A stretch of 61,102 nt of DNA, the filler included, from Globobulimina sp. (taxonomy: Eukaryota): assembly GCA_003354225.1 (NCBI GenBank). It is 10 parts of 10 records of this genome, joined end to end, with 100 filler letters (N's around TTAATTAATTAA, not from the genome) between each part and the next. Parts side by side here need not be neighbours in the genome. Positions count along the whole stretch, not along the records: positions 1 to 6,031 come from PIVH01000371.1; positions 6,132 to 12,161 come from PIVH01000372.1; 8 more parts are not named here. The stretch is one strand, 5' to 3'. Below are positions 1-11,639 of the stretch, piece after piece (the stretch's first letter is position 1; each line of letters starts with the position of its first letter). The notes below the pieces were generated by a model. That model was not told the DNA's origin, made no database searches, and saw only the letters and a program-made list of their open reading frames with translations. A program made the translations under genes and the position numbers.

Positions 1-221
1 CTTTTTTTTTTGTATAAAAGTACCAATGTTTGTGATGCATGATATGGTGCTTATATATTTTCATTATTTTGTGAATAATTCTTATATTAGTTACATTGCT
101 TAAAGAGCATGACGTCCTTTCGTCATTATTCTATTTTATTTATCCTCGCACTTGTGAGTGCGTGGAAAAGATACAACACAGAGGTCCTCACTCTAACACA
201 CTCCAAAAACTCTTAGAAACC

Positions 222-1491
222 ATGACAACGGCAAACCATCATACTCAAGATTCTCCTCTATTGTCCATCGGAGATCCTGAGACTAGTTTCCTTAGCATCT
301 CCGGAAAGACTGGTACAATTACACCGGGACTGTATCATGATACTGACATGTTGACCAAACAACTAATAAATATTCTCAAATATGCACCATTCCGTTTTTC
401 AAACAACTTATATATCATTTCAGTAGCAATTATGATATTATTCAACAGCATATATACCACATTGTTAATATTTACAGATAATGATAGATTTTGTCCAATG
501 CTCGGTTGGTTGATGTTTTCCTTTCAAATCGAGTCATTACTATTATATTTCTGGGCATATTTGAACGTAGATATGGAATTTGTCACTGATTTAGCAAAAG
601 TATTGGCATCGAGCATGGATGACAAACAACCACATCCTATTAAAACATTTCAAAGGCACATTCTCTATGCATCCTCAATTATGATCTTTTCGTATTTATC
701 CGGATATTTAATACTCGTGGAAACACCAAACAACTCCAAATCATGGAAATATGTTGAAATATTTAGCAACGTTTTTGATTTTTTGCGATATATTCCGCAA
801 ATATTTCATATTGCACTGGTTACTTTATTTTACAGTACGTTCCCTAAACAAATCGATAGGTTAAGGATACAGTGGAATATCCCAGACAGCAAAACCAGAG
901 TGGAATTGGATCAGTTATTAAACCACAAACAACTTGAAATAAGGTATGATTCCGCAATATTATGTGATAAAAGTTGATAAATATATTTTATTTTACATTG
1001 CAAATGTCAGTCATCATGAATTAAAGTGTCAATTTGAGAAAATAATCAGGCCGTATTATTTGATTACACGTAAAGAGAAAACCATCGCGTGGATAATGAA
1101 CTATTTATTTTTGAATTTAGTGACCATGGCATTTTGGTGGATCTCTGTGTTATCGAATGAATGTCGTGGCAATAAAATGGATATTTATTATACACATTAC
1201 GCCATTGAATTGTTATCCTTTTTTATTGGTTGGGTATATGTAGTATTTCCATTCTATTCAAATCAGAAAAAATTATCACGATTAGTTGAAGATGTGAGGA
1301 AAATAACACATAAAGACATTCAACAATATCTTGCAATAATGATATATTTGGATGGTTTGGTCAGAAAATCGCCTGTCAGTATATCTGGATATAAAATCAC
1401 ATCATATCGATTGGTTAAAATATTGTTGATTGTGTTCGGATCTGTTTTGTTTGATGTTGTTGCTGAGTTCAATCAAATTAGAGTATTTTAA
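222..1491 (+). CDS. Seven-TM gustatory-receptor-like / DUF3537-like (7TMIC) protein, about 400 aa, 2 exons (222-943, 1011-1491)
   Basis: ORFs 96-977 and 946-1491 join in frame through a GTATGA...TGTCAG intron at 944-1010. There are seven hydrophobic segments with a long loop after TM4. The C-terminus YLDGLVRKSPVSISGYKITSYRLVKILLIVF resembles the split TM7 of GRL/DUF3537 proteins. Confidence 0.6.
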
Positions 1492-1850
1492 CTTGTATAT
1501 TCTAATGTTTGGTTCGCAATTAATTGTAATATATCGTAGTGTTGATATAACTATTTAGTGAAAATTTGGTCAATGGGTCGACTTTGCTAATTTATTGTGG
1601 TAGGCGATCAACTCCAAAAGTTGAAGTCGATCACCACTAATCTTCAATAGTTGTGACTGCACTAAATTTTTCCTCTGATTACAGTTGAAAGGAGATTACA
1701 AAATATGGGAGAGATCTCACACAGCGAGAATAGAAATTAAAGTAAATACTATACGTCAGTCTTAGTTTCAATTATATATTTTGAGAGCATTAATATGCTT
1801 CATGGGAACAACTGATAAATTTAAATAAATTTAAGACTCAATGAAAGCAA

Positions 1851-4800
1851 TTATTTGTCATTTATTTTTTCTTCATTTTCATTATTATGATTAGCTTGTG
1901 GTGGATTATCAATTTGTGGTTGAATAAAGAATTCCGTTCCTCTGCATAAGGAACATCCAATAGAGAACTCTTCGCCATTTGGTGGATGTTGAAGACCCAA
2001 CGGACATTCCTCTGCTCCCTGACATTGTGGTAAATCTTTTTTCGATTTTGTGGTCATAAAATCGTGATTTTCTTGTTTTTTATGGCAATCAATACAAAAA
2101 TGAGTGTTTCCCCAACAGAAATAGCTTGCCACATTGCAACAAAATTTGCATTTATATAACATATAATCTTTGCCATGAACTTTGCATTTTTCTTCACCGA
2201 TTCCAGAACAGGGCGAACACACAAAATCAGACACATTTAAGCCTTGTGCAATATCTCTACATTGTTGCAATCCGCCATAGTACGGTTTTTTACAAATATT
2301 ACAATAATAAAAAGCATATCGCTTCATTGCATACGACATAATACTTTTACTCTCACTTTTAATCGATGATTGATTCGATTTCAATAAACCATCTTCTTGC
2401 AATTGATTATATGCTCTTTGTTCCAAATCGCGATATAATGATTGTATAGCAGCCAATTCTTCATTCAATAGCGAATTATGCGAGATTTTCATCTTACACA
2501 AAGGGCATTGCACATAAGAAAAATTAACTGACGCTGTATCATAATATTGTGCGATTTGTAATCTTTTTTTAATACATTGATAATGAAATATGTGGCCACA
2601 ATCCAATTCGATGCAGGGTGCTTCACTTAGCTCTTCCGTGAAACATATATTACAGTAATCATCTGGTTCTTGTGTGATATGAATCCTCTTAAATTTGCAA
2701 TCCGTTTCAATGCAGGACATGCAATATTGCTCATTCAATGTACCACCACACGGATGGCCGCAGTCAGTATGCGATTTGCGACAGGAAAGCTCACGTTTTT
2801 CTAAACATATTTCATTGTTACATACTAATTTTAGTGCTTCCGAGGGTGGGTTTAATCCGATTTCATTTGGCATCAATGCAGTGGCACAAAATCGACATTT
2901 GTCTGCGGATAAATATATTTCGTATAATTTGCAATTAAAGCCGCAATGATATGGGATTTTATTACAGGAGCGACAAAAGTTTTTATTGCATTGTCTACAA
3001 CAAACCCGATGCGATAAATAATGGCGTTGTCCTTCTTCGGATAATAATTTATTATTTATGCCAATCTCGCGGCTAAAATCTGGTGCATCGTTATCGTTAT
3101 CACCGGCTACAAATTCCCATTTGCTATGACACGAAGGACATTCAATAAAATGATCCGCAGATTCTAATAATTCACTAAGTTTTAAATCCAAAAATGATGA
3201 TAGCTCATCGCGACACAATAATTCTATAAAATCTTGAATGGAATAATTTGACGATAAATATTCTAGATTTGTAATATCCAATTTTGACAAAATATCATTT
3301 CGCAAACATAAAATACAACAAAAATAAGATACACAATCTGGAGATAACATGTTATTTAAAGAGTTGTTATTTTTACATTTGCCACATTCTAATAATATAT
3401 CTGTATCTGATAATTCTTCCGGAATCGAAACGTCTGCTAACGATAATATTGATGCATCATTATCATTATCATCATCATGCTTTAATTCATCTTCGTCCAT
3501 CCCGCCTGCTTCCGGTTTGTCTGATATTTCATGGAAAGCGTCCAACCAATATGACATTTCATGTTTATTATGATTGTATACAAAATAAGAAGTGTTATCT
3601 TTAATTATTTCGATTGATTGCAAACTTGTATAACATATTAATGACGATTTTAAATGAATAATACATAGACATTTATCTGATTGCAAATTTTGAAAACAAT
3701 ATAATTTCCAACCTTTTAAGAAACACCAACACAAACGCCATTTGATATTATTATTATTATAATTGACATTATTATTATTCTGATAAATGCTCAAAAATCC
3801 AGCCATATTAACATTTGACAAAAACGGTTTGTCGAATATTAATCGTCGGCCAAAACCTAATAAAATGCGAGTATTTTGAATTTTTTTATGTTGAAGGGTA
3901 ATGAATATAAAAACAGCGTCACGGATTGATTTGAATTCAATCAATGCGAAAGATAATAAATTATTATTTTTATAATGAATATAGACACGTTTTGGTACAA
4001 CGTACTGTTTAATTAATTGAAATAAAGAGTTTTGATTAGTTGACGGTAGACCAGAAACCCAAACATATCTGGTTGGATTGCCTGATGTTGGTAACATATG
4101 CTGTGAGGATAAGATTGATTGGATACGTTTCAATGAATTTGATTTCCATAATATATCGTGTCCGCTTTCCACTTTGTTTAACAGCAACACAGAAACTAAA
4201 TGCTGCAGTGCCGGATTGGATAAGTTATCTGAGCCATGAATCCATGCTTCATTTCCAACCAATTGGTCCAATGAAATGCCCTTTTCTTGCAAGTCCGAAA
4301 CGGTGATGGATCGGCCTAAGCACATCAATTTGAACACAATGGAGCGATGCATCGGTGATGACAATGAACATTTCCTTATTCGTATGTGTAAATGTCCCGT
4401 TTCAATGTGATTTAAAGGGATCCACAGATCAATGATGGAGTCATAAGCTATTAATGACAACGATATCTCTGTCGAACCTAAAAAGTTATCTGGCGTAAAT
4501 CTGTCATGGTCAAACACCAAAAACGATAAAATATGTTCAACTTCTATATTATCGCGCAATTCGCCGGCATTGCCATCTATATTTATATCACTGTGATTGA
4601 GCAGGTTATCGTTGTTATTCGTGCTGCCGGCATCGGCACTCTTTTTTTTCAGATTCTTCGGAATCTTTTTCTTGATTCTTTTTCCGATATTATTCATATT
4701 GATGTCGTTGAGTTGTTTGGCGTTGTGTATGTTTTTGCTGTTGATATTGTTGATGTTGTTTGAGTCAATCACAAAACAAAACATTTCGTTCCATTTCGGG

Positions 4801-5282
4801 TTGATATTTTTTTTAATTATTTTCGATTTTGTGGTGAAATTATCGACTGCTAAAATAACATATGGATCAGAAGATTGTCTCCAAAAATCACATTTTTTTA
4901 ATTCTTTGGCTTCGATCAATTGCACTAAAATTAAGTCACCAAATTGTAAGTACGGTGATATTATGTTATTATCATTGTGGTCCGATTTGTTATCATTACG
5001 GGGTTGCCGTATTGGACTCATATTTAATGAGGATGACAAACTGTTTGCTTGTTGTTGATTGTTAGAGGTTATAAGTTGAATTGTGCATTCTTTTTGAATA
5101 TTATATTTATCCAAAGTTTCTTCATTTTGCAATAATTGACCACCGAATATTAATTTTTGTCTTTTTGACGATATTTCAAGAGATCGTGAGATTAATTTCT
5201 TCAAATATTTAACGGTCGCATTGAATTTAATATCAAGTGATATTGTTTGCCCTTCTGGCGTCTTCACGAAAATTAGAACCAT
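1851..5282 (-). CDS. Multidomain E3 ubiquitin ligase: UBL - C2 - RRM - PH - IBR-like - MYCBP2/Highwire-type RING plus tandem-cysteine (RING-Cys-relay) module, 1143 aa
   Basis: ATG at 5282 begins MVLIFVKTPEGQTISL...QKLIFGGQLL (ubiquitin-like). SDPYV/NPKWNE/DHDRFTPDNFLG marks C2; VWVSGLP/FALIEF marks RRM; WRLCWCFL...WLDAF marks PH. The C-terminus CGHPCGG, CNICFTEELSEAP, YAFYYCNICKKPYYGG, KCKFCCNVASYFCWGNTHFC, CPLGLQHPPNGEEF matches the MYCBP2 C-terminus. Confidence 0.88.
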   Translation of the reverse strand: MVLIFVKTPEGQTISLDIKFNATVKYLKKLISRSLEISSKRQKLIFGGQLLQNEETLDKYNIQKECTIQLITSNNQQQANSLSSSLNMSPIRQPRNDNKSDHNDNNIISPYLQFGDLILVQLIEAKELKKCDFWRQSSDPYVILAVDNFTTKSKIIKKNINPKWNEMFCFVIDSNNINNINSKNIHNAKQLNDINMNNIGKRIKKKIPKNLKKKSADAGSTNNNDNLLNHSDINIDGNAGELRDNIEVEHILSFLVFDHDRFTPDNFLGSTEISLSLIAYDSIIDLWIPLNHIETGHLHIRIRKCSLSSPMHRSIVFKLMCLGRSITVSDLQEKGISLDQLVGNEAWIHGSDNLSNPALQHLVSVLLLNKVESGHDILWKSNSLKRIQSILSSQHMLPTSGNPTRYVWVSGLPSTNQNSLFQLIKQYVVPKRVYIHYKNNNLLSFALIEFKSIRDAVFIFITLQHKKIQNTRILLGFGRRLIFDKPFLSNVNMAGFLSIYQNNNNVNYNNNNIKWRLCWCFLKGWKLYCFQNLQSDKCLCIIHLKSSLICYTSLQSIEIIKDNTSYFVYNHNKHEMSYWLDAFHEISDKPEAGGMDEDELKHDDDNDNDASILSLADVSIPEELSDTDILLECGKCKNNNSLNNMLSPDCVSYFCCILCLRNDILSKLDITNLEYLSSNYSIQDFIELLCRDELSSFLDLKLSELLESADHFIECPSCHSKWEFVAGDNDNDAPDFSREIGINNKLLSEEGQRHYLSHRVCCRQCNKNFCRSCNKIPYHCGFNCKLYEIYLSADKCRFCATALMPNEIGLNPPSEALKLVCNNEICLEKRELSCRKSHTDCGHPCGGTLNEQYCMSCIETDCKFKRIHITQEPDDYCNICFTEELSEAPCIELDCGHIFHYQCIKKRLQIAQYYDTASVNFSYVQCPLCKMKISHNSLLNEELAAIQSLYRDLEQRAYNQLQEDGLLKSNQSSIKSESKSIMSYAMKRYAFYYCNICKKPYYGGLQQCRDIAQGLNVSDFVCSPCSGIGEEKCKVHGKDYMLYKCKFCCNVASYFCWGNTHFCIDCHKKQENHDFMTTKSKKDLPQCQGAEECPLGLQHPPNGEEFSIGCSLCRGTEFFIQPQIDNPPQANHNNENEEKINDK

Positions 5283-6031
5283 GATAACTACACCATCAAA
5301 AATTGCAAAGGAAAGCAGTTTTTTTGGTATTTTCGATGGTTTTTTTTTTTTAGAAAAGGCACACAAGTGCTCGAACATTAACTTAATAAAATTAAATAAC
5401 AATCACATAAAAGGACAAAAATATATGATCATAAATGTTAAAACAACAAAAGAAAAGAAAAAGTGTATCTAGACTATGGCTGGAATATCCATAATAGTCT
5501 TGTTTTACATTGCAACTCTATCTGCAAAATTCGTTTTTAAAAACACTTCAAGCATTGAACCAATCAATAATTAAGTTCTCCTGTGTTTTTTCTCATTTTT
5601 TTTTCCATTTATACAATATTTTTCCCATTTATTTGATTAATAAAATAATATTGCTGAAACTCTGTAAATAAAATAATGTTTCTGTGCATTTTTACTTCTC
5701 CGGTTCGAATATTCTCTGTGTTTTCTATTATTTTATTGCCGTTAGCAAAGTATATAACCTTTACATCCATTGATGTCGCTTTATATGGTAAACATAAACA
5801 ACACAAAGATATGCATATAAACAACGTTTATAACCATTTGGAAATAACAGTAAGCACCAATTACCATTCTCAAACTTGTCGGAAACGATTCGCTGTCTAC
5901 AAATCATTTTGCTACATTGTCGCAGCAATAAACCATTAATATTCCATGTAAACCTGTACCAGCTTTGCATTTTTGTACGCCTTTTAAGACTGTATAGGAG
6001 ACCGCCAATCGATACAGCTGTCAGAAAATGA

Positions 6032-6131
6032 NNNNNNNNNNNNNNNNNNNNNNNNNNNNNNNNNNNNNNNNNNNNTTAATTAATTAANNNNNNNNNNNNN
6101 NNNNNNNNNNNNNNNNNNNNNNNNNNNNNNN
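6032..6131. other. Artificial contig linker 1
   Basis: N44-TTAATTAATTAA-N44, with stops in all six frames. Confidence 0.98.
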
Positions 6132-6270
6132 TAACCATCACTTTTTTGGCCTTGTTGTCAATCTTACCCTGGGACTTTACGTATTCTATCTGTTCTCTTA
6201 CGTGCGCTTCACAGCCTGTCGGATGGGCGGTAACGCACATATATCCGCGCACTTTTGGTTTTATAATCAT
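6132..6270 (-). CDS. fabV: Bacterial enoyl-ACP reductase FabV, N-terminal fragment cut by the contig end
   Basis: [32 protein letters not shown] is the characteristic FabV/TER N-terminus. An AGGA Shine-Dalgarno-like sequence lies upstream. Confidence 0.88.
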
Positions 6271-6344
6271 ATTTCAAGCCTGTCCTATCCTCTTAAGAGC
6301 CGGCCATTATAAGGGGGAGACACGCGGACACCAAAAATTTATGC

Positions 6345-6369
6345 ATAACCCTATATAAATCAGGGTTAT
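6345..6369 (-). terminator. Hairpin between aceF and fabV (possible terminator or operator)
   Basis: Inverted repeat ATAACCCT-N9-AGGGTTAT about 35 nt downstream of the aceF stop; no clear U-tract. Confidence 0.35.
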
Positions 6370-6404
6370 AGGACAAGGAATTCAGCACTAGAATTATTTT
6401 GGAA

Positions 6405-7120
6405 TTACAGAATCATCCGTCGAATATCTGTTAAGACCTCTCCCATAAAGGCCATAAAACGGCCGGCATCGGCGCCATTAACCGCTCGATGATCATAGGA
6501 AAGAGAGATCGGCAACATTTTTCGAGGCACAAATTCGTGGCCATTCCAAAGCGGTTTAATGGCCATCCTGGAAATGCCGAGAACACCTAGCTCAGGTGCA
6601 TTTACAAGCGGTGTAAAGCCACTACCCCCAATGCCGCCCAAACTGGAAATCGTGATACAGGCGCCTTTCATCTCATCCGTTGTTAACTTGCGGTTTTTCG
6701 CTTTTTGCGCCAACTCCGCTGTCTCAGCCGCCAATGCCCAAATCGACTTTTTATCAACATCACGAATCACCGGCACCATCAAACCCGCAGGCGTATCGAC
6801 CGCCATACCGATATGTACATATTTTTTGAACACCAACTGCTCACCATCAGCATGTAGAGAGGCGTTAAACTTTGGATTGGCTATTAATGCCATGGCACAG
6901 GCCTTTAACAGAAAAGGCAGAGGCGTTAGTTTGACATCGCGCTGCTCGCTCTGCGCCTTGAGGCTCTTACGAAAATCTTCCAGATCGGTAATATCCACAT
7001 CGTCAAATTGTGTCACATGAGGCACGTTCAACCAGCTGCGCTGCATATTAGTCCCAGTGACCTTATTGAGCTTACTCATTTTTTCGGTGTGTATCTCACC
7101 AAACTGAGCAAAGTCAATTA
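6405..7120 (-). CDS. aceF: Bacterial pyruvate dehydrogenase E2 (dihydrolipoamide acetyltransferase), catalytic domain only; 5' part missing
   Basis: IDFAQFGEI, VPHVTQFDDVDIT, IGMAVDTPAGLMVPV, TISSLGGIGG and SLSYDHRAVNGADAG. No introns, visibly higher GC than the flank, and no lipoyl or PSBD domains. Confidence 0.9.
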
Positions 7121-10100
7121 AACCATCTTCATGCAAATCAAATAGGTCAACTTGCCATTTATGCTTCTTTTCAACGCTGTTACGTACGGATACTTTGACC
7201 GGTTTCAAATCATCATTGTAAAATCTGACATAATGATCGCCGATCTCAGGTTTGTACTTTATTACCTTACACTTTGTGGGACCTCTATTTGTTGAAATTG
7301 TCCAATATGTTTCGCAGTTATCCCATAATATTTGCTCATCCTGAAAATATTGGTTTCGATGCTGTCAAAAATAGTGATTATATAAAAACATACCAACTCC
7401 AATTTGCGTTCTTTCATAAATGTTGGCATCAATTTTACTGCCAAGTCAAAGGGTAAATATTCTTGCCCAGAATACAAACGACAACAGCAACAACAGAGTC
7501 GTCTGAATCCATTCAACACAGTTTCAAGCAAATAAAATATTGCTAAGAATCCCATTGCAAATACATCTATATATATATTGAAAAACGCATAAAATTGAAT
7601 ATCAGAGATATATATATAAACATACTCAAAGGTGGCGGCATGAAACTTGGCGACGAATCTCGATCTAATGCCAATTCAAAGCGTGCAAAAATAATAGCTG
7701 CGGTGGTATCGTCTTCGATGGTATCGTACGTTTTGGCCATCATAGCTATTAATAAATTGAGCAAAACCAAAGAACCAATAATGAGATATAAGCACATTAC
7801 CGCATATCCAAAAAATAATATACTTGATGATACCTCTGCTTCTTCGAGATTTTCAAACTCAAAATCACCCTACAAAACCATATAAAGTTTGGAATTACTC
7901 AAAAACAACAATAAATAGCATACCAAAAGTGCTCTGAATAAAGTAATGCATGCTAGAGCCGGCGAGGCAAACTCATTCATAACGTCTCCGAGCGTAAACT
8001 ACAAATATATGGTCATACAAAATATGACACTGTTCAGATGTATGTGTGTATATAAGCACGTACCATCAGACACATTGCAAATGCTAAAAATAATATAATC
8101 ATAATCTCGAAGAACGTAGCAACTGTGTACATATATACATTATTAAACATTTGTAGGTACGCAAATAAAATATGTGTATCACACATAACTATCACCCATC
8201 ATTCTGAATATCATCGTTACCATAGGACCTAAAGAATGCGATAATATACAAAAATTAACAATTCTTAACCATAAAGTTATGGTAGCAACGCCCTGAAAAG
8301 TACATATTTCCACAATTATTGTATATGTATTATGTGCCCAATACATATGTATAGAGAAACATATACGTACCCATAAGATAACAAATATTGTATTTAAGCT
8401 CGCTTCAGACCAGCAAGGGACAGTGGTGTCAGGTAGATATCCCTCACAATCTGGGCCTGTAAATAAAGCATATAATCTGACAGAAATACTGGCCACAAAT
8501 ACCAAAGATATCAACGTATCGAAATAATTATCAGTGGACGCATAATATTTTTTCACCCCTTGTACTAATACACTCTGCACTTCGTTTGCCACATAGCCTG
8601 CATTGAAAACCCAAAATAATACTTCTTGAGCACTCATCTTGTCATAAACACGGAATTGTTGGATTGATAAATAAGTAAAAAGTCCTAAATAAAGAAAATA
8701 CAACAATACTTCCACAATATAAGTACCCAAAGCCGTGAAATAGAATTGCTGGCTAAATAATTTCCTCCAAATGAGTTGTACTGATAACGGATCAATGTCA
8801 AATGAATCATCCCTGTTTTTTGGACGTAAACTATATATGTGATATCATATAATATATGAATTGGCAACAAAGTCAGAAACAAACATACAATTCAAAATCA
8901 TTCATGACTGAAGTAGTTATGCGTTCAATTCGTTGATTTGTTACAAATTTTGTTAATTCATAATCTAATGCCATATCAAGAGCACTCATGTCTTCAATAT
9001 CACTTTTTACCTCAAGTATAACCGTCGCCATGTGGTCACTTTGAAGTAAGTTTAAATATTCAAATGCTGCGTCTACAAAACTCTCAGAGACGCTCTCAAA
9101 AACATCACCTGGATACAAACGTTTGTGTTTTTGTGTTTTTTAAGTGGATTTGTGTATGCAATACAGTTAACAGTATACCTCTAGCAACATCATAATGAGC
9201 GACATCCAGGAACCATTTGCTCATTCGCAATGCAGCACAAATTGAATTTGTAGAACCAATCACGATATTTTGTGCAACTGTTTTCATCATAAACATATAC
9301 AATAATTAAAACAAAGAGTGTAATTTACAAACAAAAGGGATCATGACATACTTTCTTCTAAATTCTGTTCGTCAAATCGCGTCAAATGAAATTTGTATTT
9401 GTCTAATAATTGAATGGCAACATTAGCAGGCGTCAATTCAGCGACTTTATTAAATATCAACCAAATAGATTTGGTCTGCATGTTTGACAATATGTGAATA
9501 ATAACAAACCACCAAATAACACAGTCATTATACACATTAAAATCTAATAACAATTCATCAACATCTTTATTTTTAACCCGATCCATATTGTCATAATAAT
9601 GCAAATAAACCTGAGCAACAGCCATGGAAACACCCAATTCCTCGGATATCACACCATCTGTTGGCAATTTGCCATTCGTCTCTACGTAACTTTCAATCCA
9701 AATGATTCGATCCCATTTTTCCACAAATAAATATATTCTCCGCTTCATTTCAATCACATCATTGATTGTTGCTTCTCGCTCTGTGAAGTCTGATGATTGC
9801 GACTCGTTTGCCTTTAATTGCAATTTGGTTAATTCACGAAAACTATGTATTTAATAATGGAATATTGGCAGTCTTGCAACCGGAAACAGTAACATATATA
9901 AATTGCAATTCACATACAATTTGTCGATGATTGGCGAAATTTCTGCTTCTTCAATTGTTGCTATATTTAATTTCATGCCCACTTTATAGGCGCCTGCATC
10001 GTTGAATAATTTATTCAAAGTGACGGATAATAATTCGTTCCCATCAGTTCCTTCTTTATCTGTTGCTCCTTCGGCAAAAACATCAATCATTATTGATAGA

Positions 10101-10336
10101 CCCCGTTGGTTTAACCATTTCTGAACATCTTTCCATTCCCAATGACGAGGATTACCTGCAACTGGCTCGGCTGCCGCATGGGTGGCTACATAAGTGCTAG
10201 TCAGAGTGGTCTGCGTATGGGTGTTTGTGAGTGTATCCCGGCTAATTGAGACTTCGTCGTCACTGTAATGGTTTTTGTCCATATTTGTCAGAGCAATATG
10301 CGATTCTAAACGTCCAGTTTCATCGAGTGTCTCCAT
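7121..10336 (-). CDS. TRPM-like cation channel with an N-terminal SAM domain; multi-exon, with the 3' end replaced by bacterial DNA
   Basis: Exon ORFs at 9851-10336 (SAM-like WEWKDVQKWL...DGNELL), 9341-9823, 9105-9302, 8873-9118 (ALDMAL..ELTKFV), 8179-8730 (TM segments, LGPMVTMIFRM), 7567-7797 (LLNLLIAMMAKTY...FARF...MPPPL; S6 and TRP helix) and 7262-7555. Short GT-AG introns, e.g. 7341-7393. Confidence 0.8.
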
Positions 10337-10476
10337 TGTGTTGTATACAAACTAGTTTACCGTTTGCTGACCGTTTGCTGTATGCTTTGTTCAATTCAAA
10401 AGTCCACAAACATTGTTGGTCCGATCAGAGTTCTTTTATGAAAATGTTAAGTAAATGAAAAACTCCTCTTTGAATA

Positions 10477-11535
10477 ATGAGCAACGCACACAACCACAAC
10501 AAGCCGCGAGATGACAGTACAAATGCAAAAGAATCGATTTGTAAAGAAATACCACTATTTGATGCCTCATCTCGTTGCATTCAACACTTACAAAAAATGA
10601 ATTTGTTTTGTGGATGTTTTAACAATGAAATTGTATTCAAACAAATGATCGGCAATCTCATGTTAACAGTGTGCAAAGCACCATACAATGCAACCTTAAT
10701 ATTGAACCTATCCATCCCATTATCAATGTATCGCAGTGTCATGATGGACAAATTTAGGAAATTAGATCACATTTTGAGCATTGTAATAAAACCATTGGAT
10801 GTGACACACAAAGCGTTGCAAACACGTTATAAAAATTGCCATTACAAAGATATTGTCGCTCATTACACTCGGTATCATTATGTCATTCAACAGGATGAAA
10901 AGGAGATAATTTGCGGACGCTTTATCCGTAAAAATGTGCTGGGACAGAATAGCAATTTAGATCAGTTTTTATGTGCCATTCGTGATCATTTAGGTTGTGA
11001 TCACAACCAATTCCTAACTGCGTCGGCACCGCAATTAACCACAAGCGATATGGACCTATTATGCAGTCGATATTTTTGTATTTGCGAAGCTTTGATTACA
11101 TTCCAATTTGGCAACGAAATATTAGTGGACGAGTCGAGATATTATAGGGACATTTTACAATATTTTATCAAATTTATCTCTTATTGTTTTCAAATACATT
11201 ATAAACAACATTGTGATTTTAATGGATTGTCCAATGATCATTTAAAACTATTGATATCTGGTACTGTTTTATTAGAAATTGGACTGAGACAAAAAAGAGC
11301 AATTTATCGGTTACAATTGGATATGAAAAATGTAAATAAAGAGACAAATAGAATTTTAGAAACAAAATTAAGATTAATTAAGATGAGCAATGTGAATAAA
11401 GCCTATTTTAAATTGACAAAACAAATCGTGGACACTACGCCTGGTGCGAAAAATGACCATTTTAGAAAGGATATTGAAAAATATTTTCATCAAATTTATC
11501 AATTATTTAAAGGCTTTTTAATGCAAAAAAAATAA
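10477..11535 (+). CDS. Hypothetical protein, 352 aa
   Basis: Long ATG-initiated ORF in AT-rich DNA, divergent from the TRP gene; no motif recognised. Confidence 0.65.
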   Translation: MSNAHNHNKPRDDSTNAKESICKEIPLFDASSRCIQHLQKMNLFCGCFNNEIVFKQMIGNLMLTVCKAPYNATLILNLSIPLSMYRSVMMDKFRKLDHILSIVIKPLDVTHKALQTRYKNCHYKDIVAHYTRYHYVIQQDEKEIICGRFIRKNVLGQNSNLDQFLCAIRDHLGCDHNQFLTASAPQLTTSDMDLLCSRYFCICEALITFQFGNEILVDESRYYRDILQYFIKFISYCFQIHYKQHCDFNGLSNDHLKLLISGTVLLEIGLRQKRAIYRLQLDMKNVNKETNRILETKLRLIKMSNVNKAYFKLTKQIVDTTPGAKNDHFRKDIEKYFHQIYQLFKGFLMQKK

Positions 11536-11639
11536 TGTCACATTTTGTTTTTTTTAATTACCATCCTTGCACCAATTTAAAAACCGCAGCACATTTATAA
11601 GATTTTCACTTGCTTTTTTATACTTGCAATTGTGTTAAG

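Noticed and set aside
5403-6031. Short ORFs at 5609-5970
   Set aside because: They are under 90 aa, mutually overlapping and have no motifs. They could be exon fragments of a gene cut by the contig end, but this cannot be supported.
6405-7208. ORF-track start at 7208 as the true aceF start
   Set aside because: The first roughly 29 residues belong to the eukaryotic TRP exon. E2 similarity begins only at IDFAQFGEI, near 7120.
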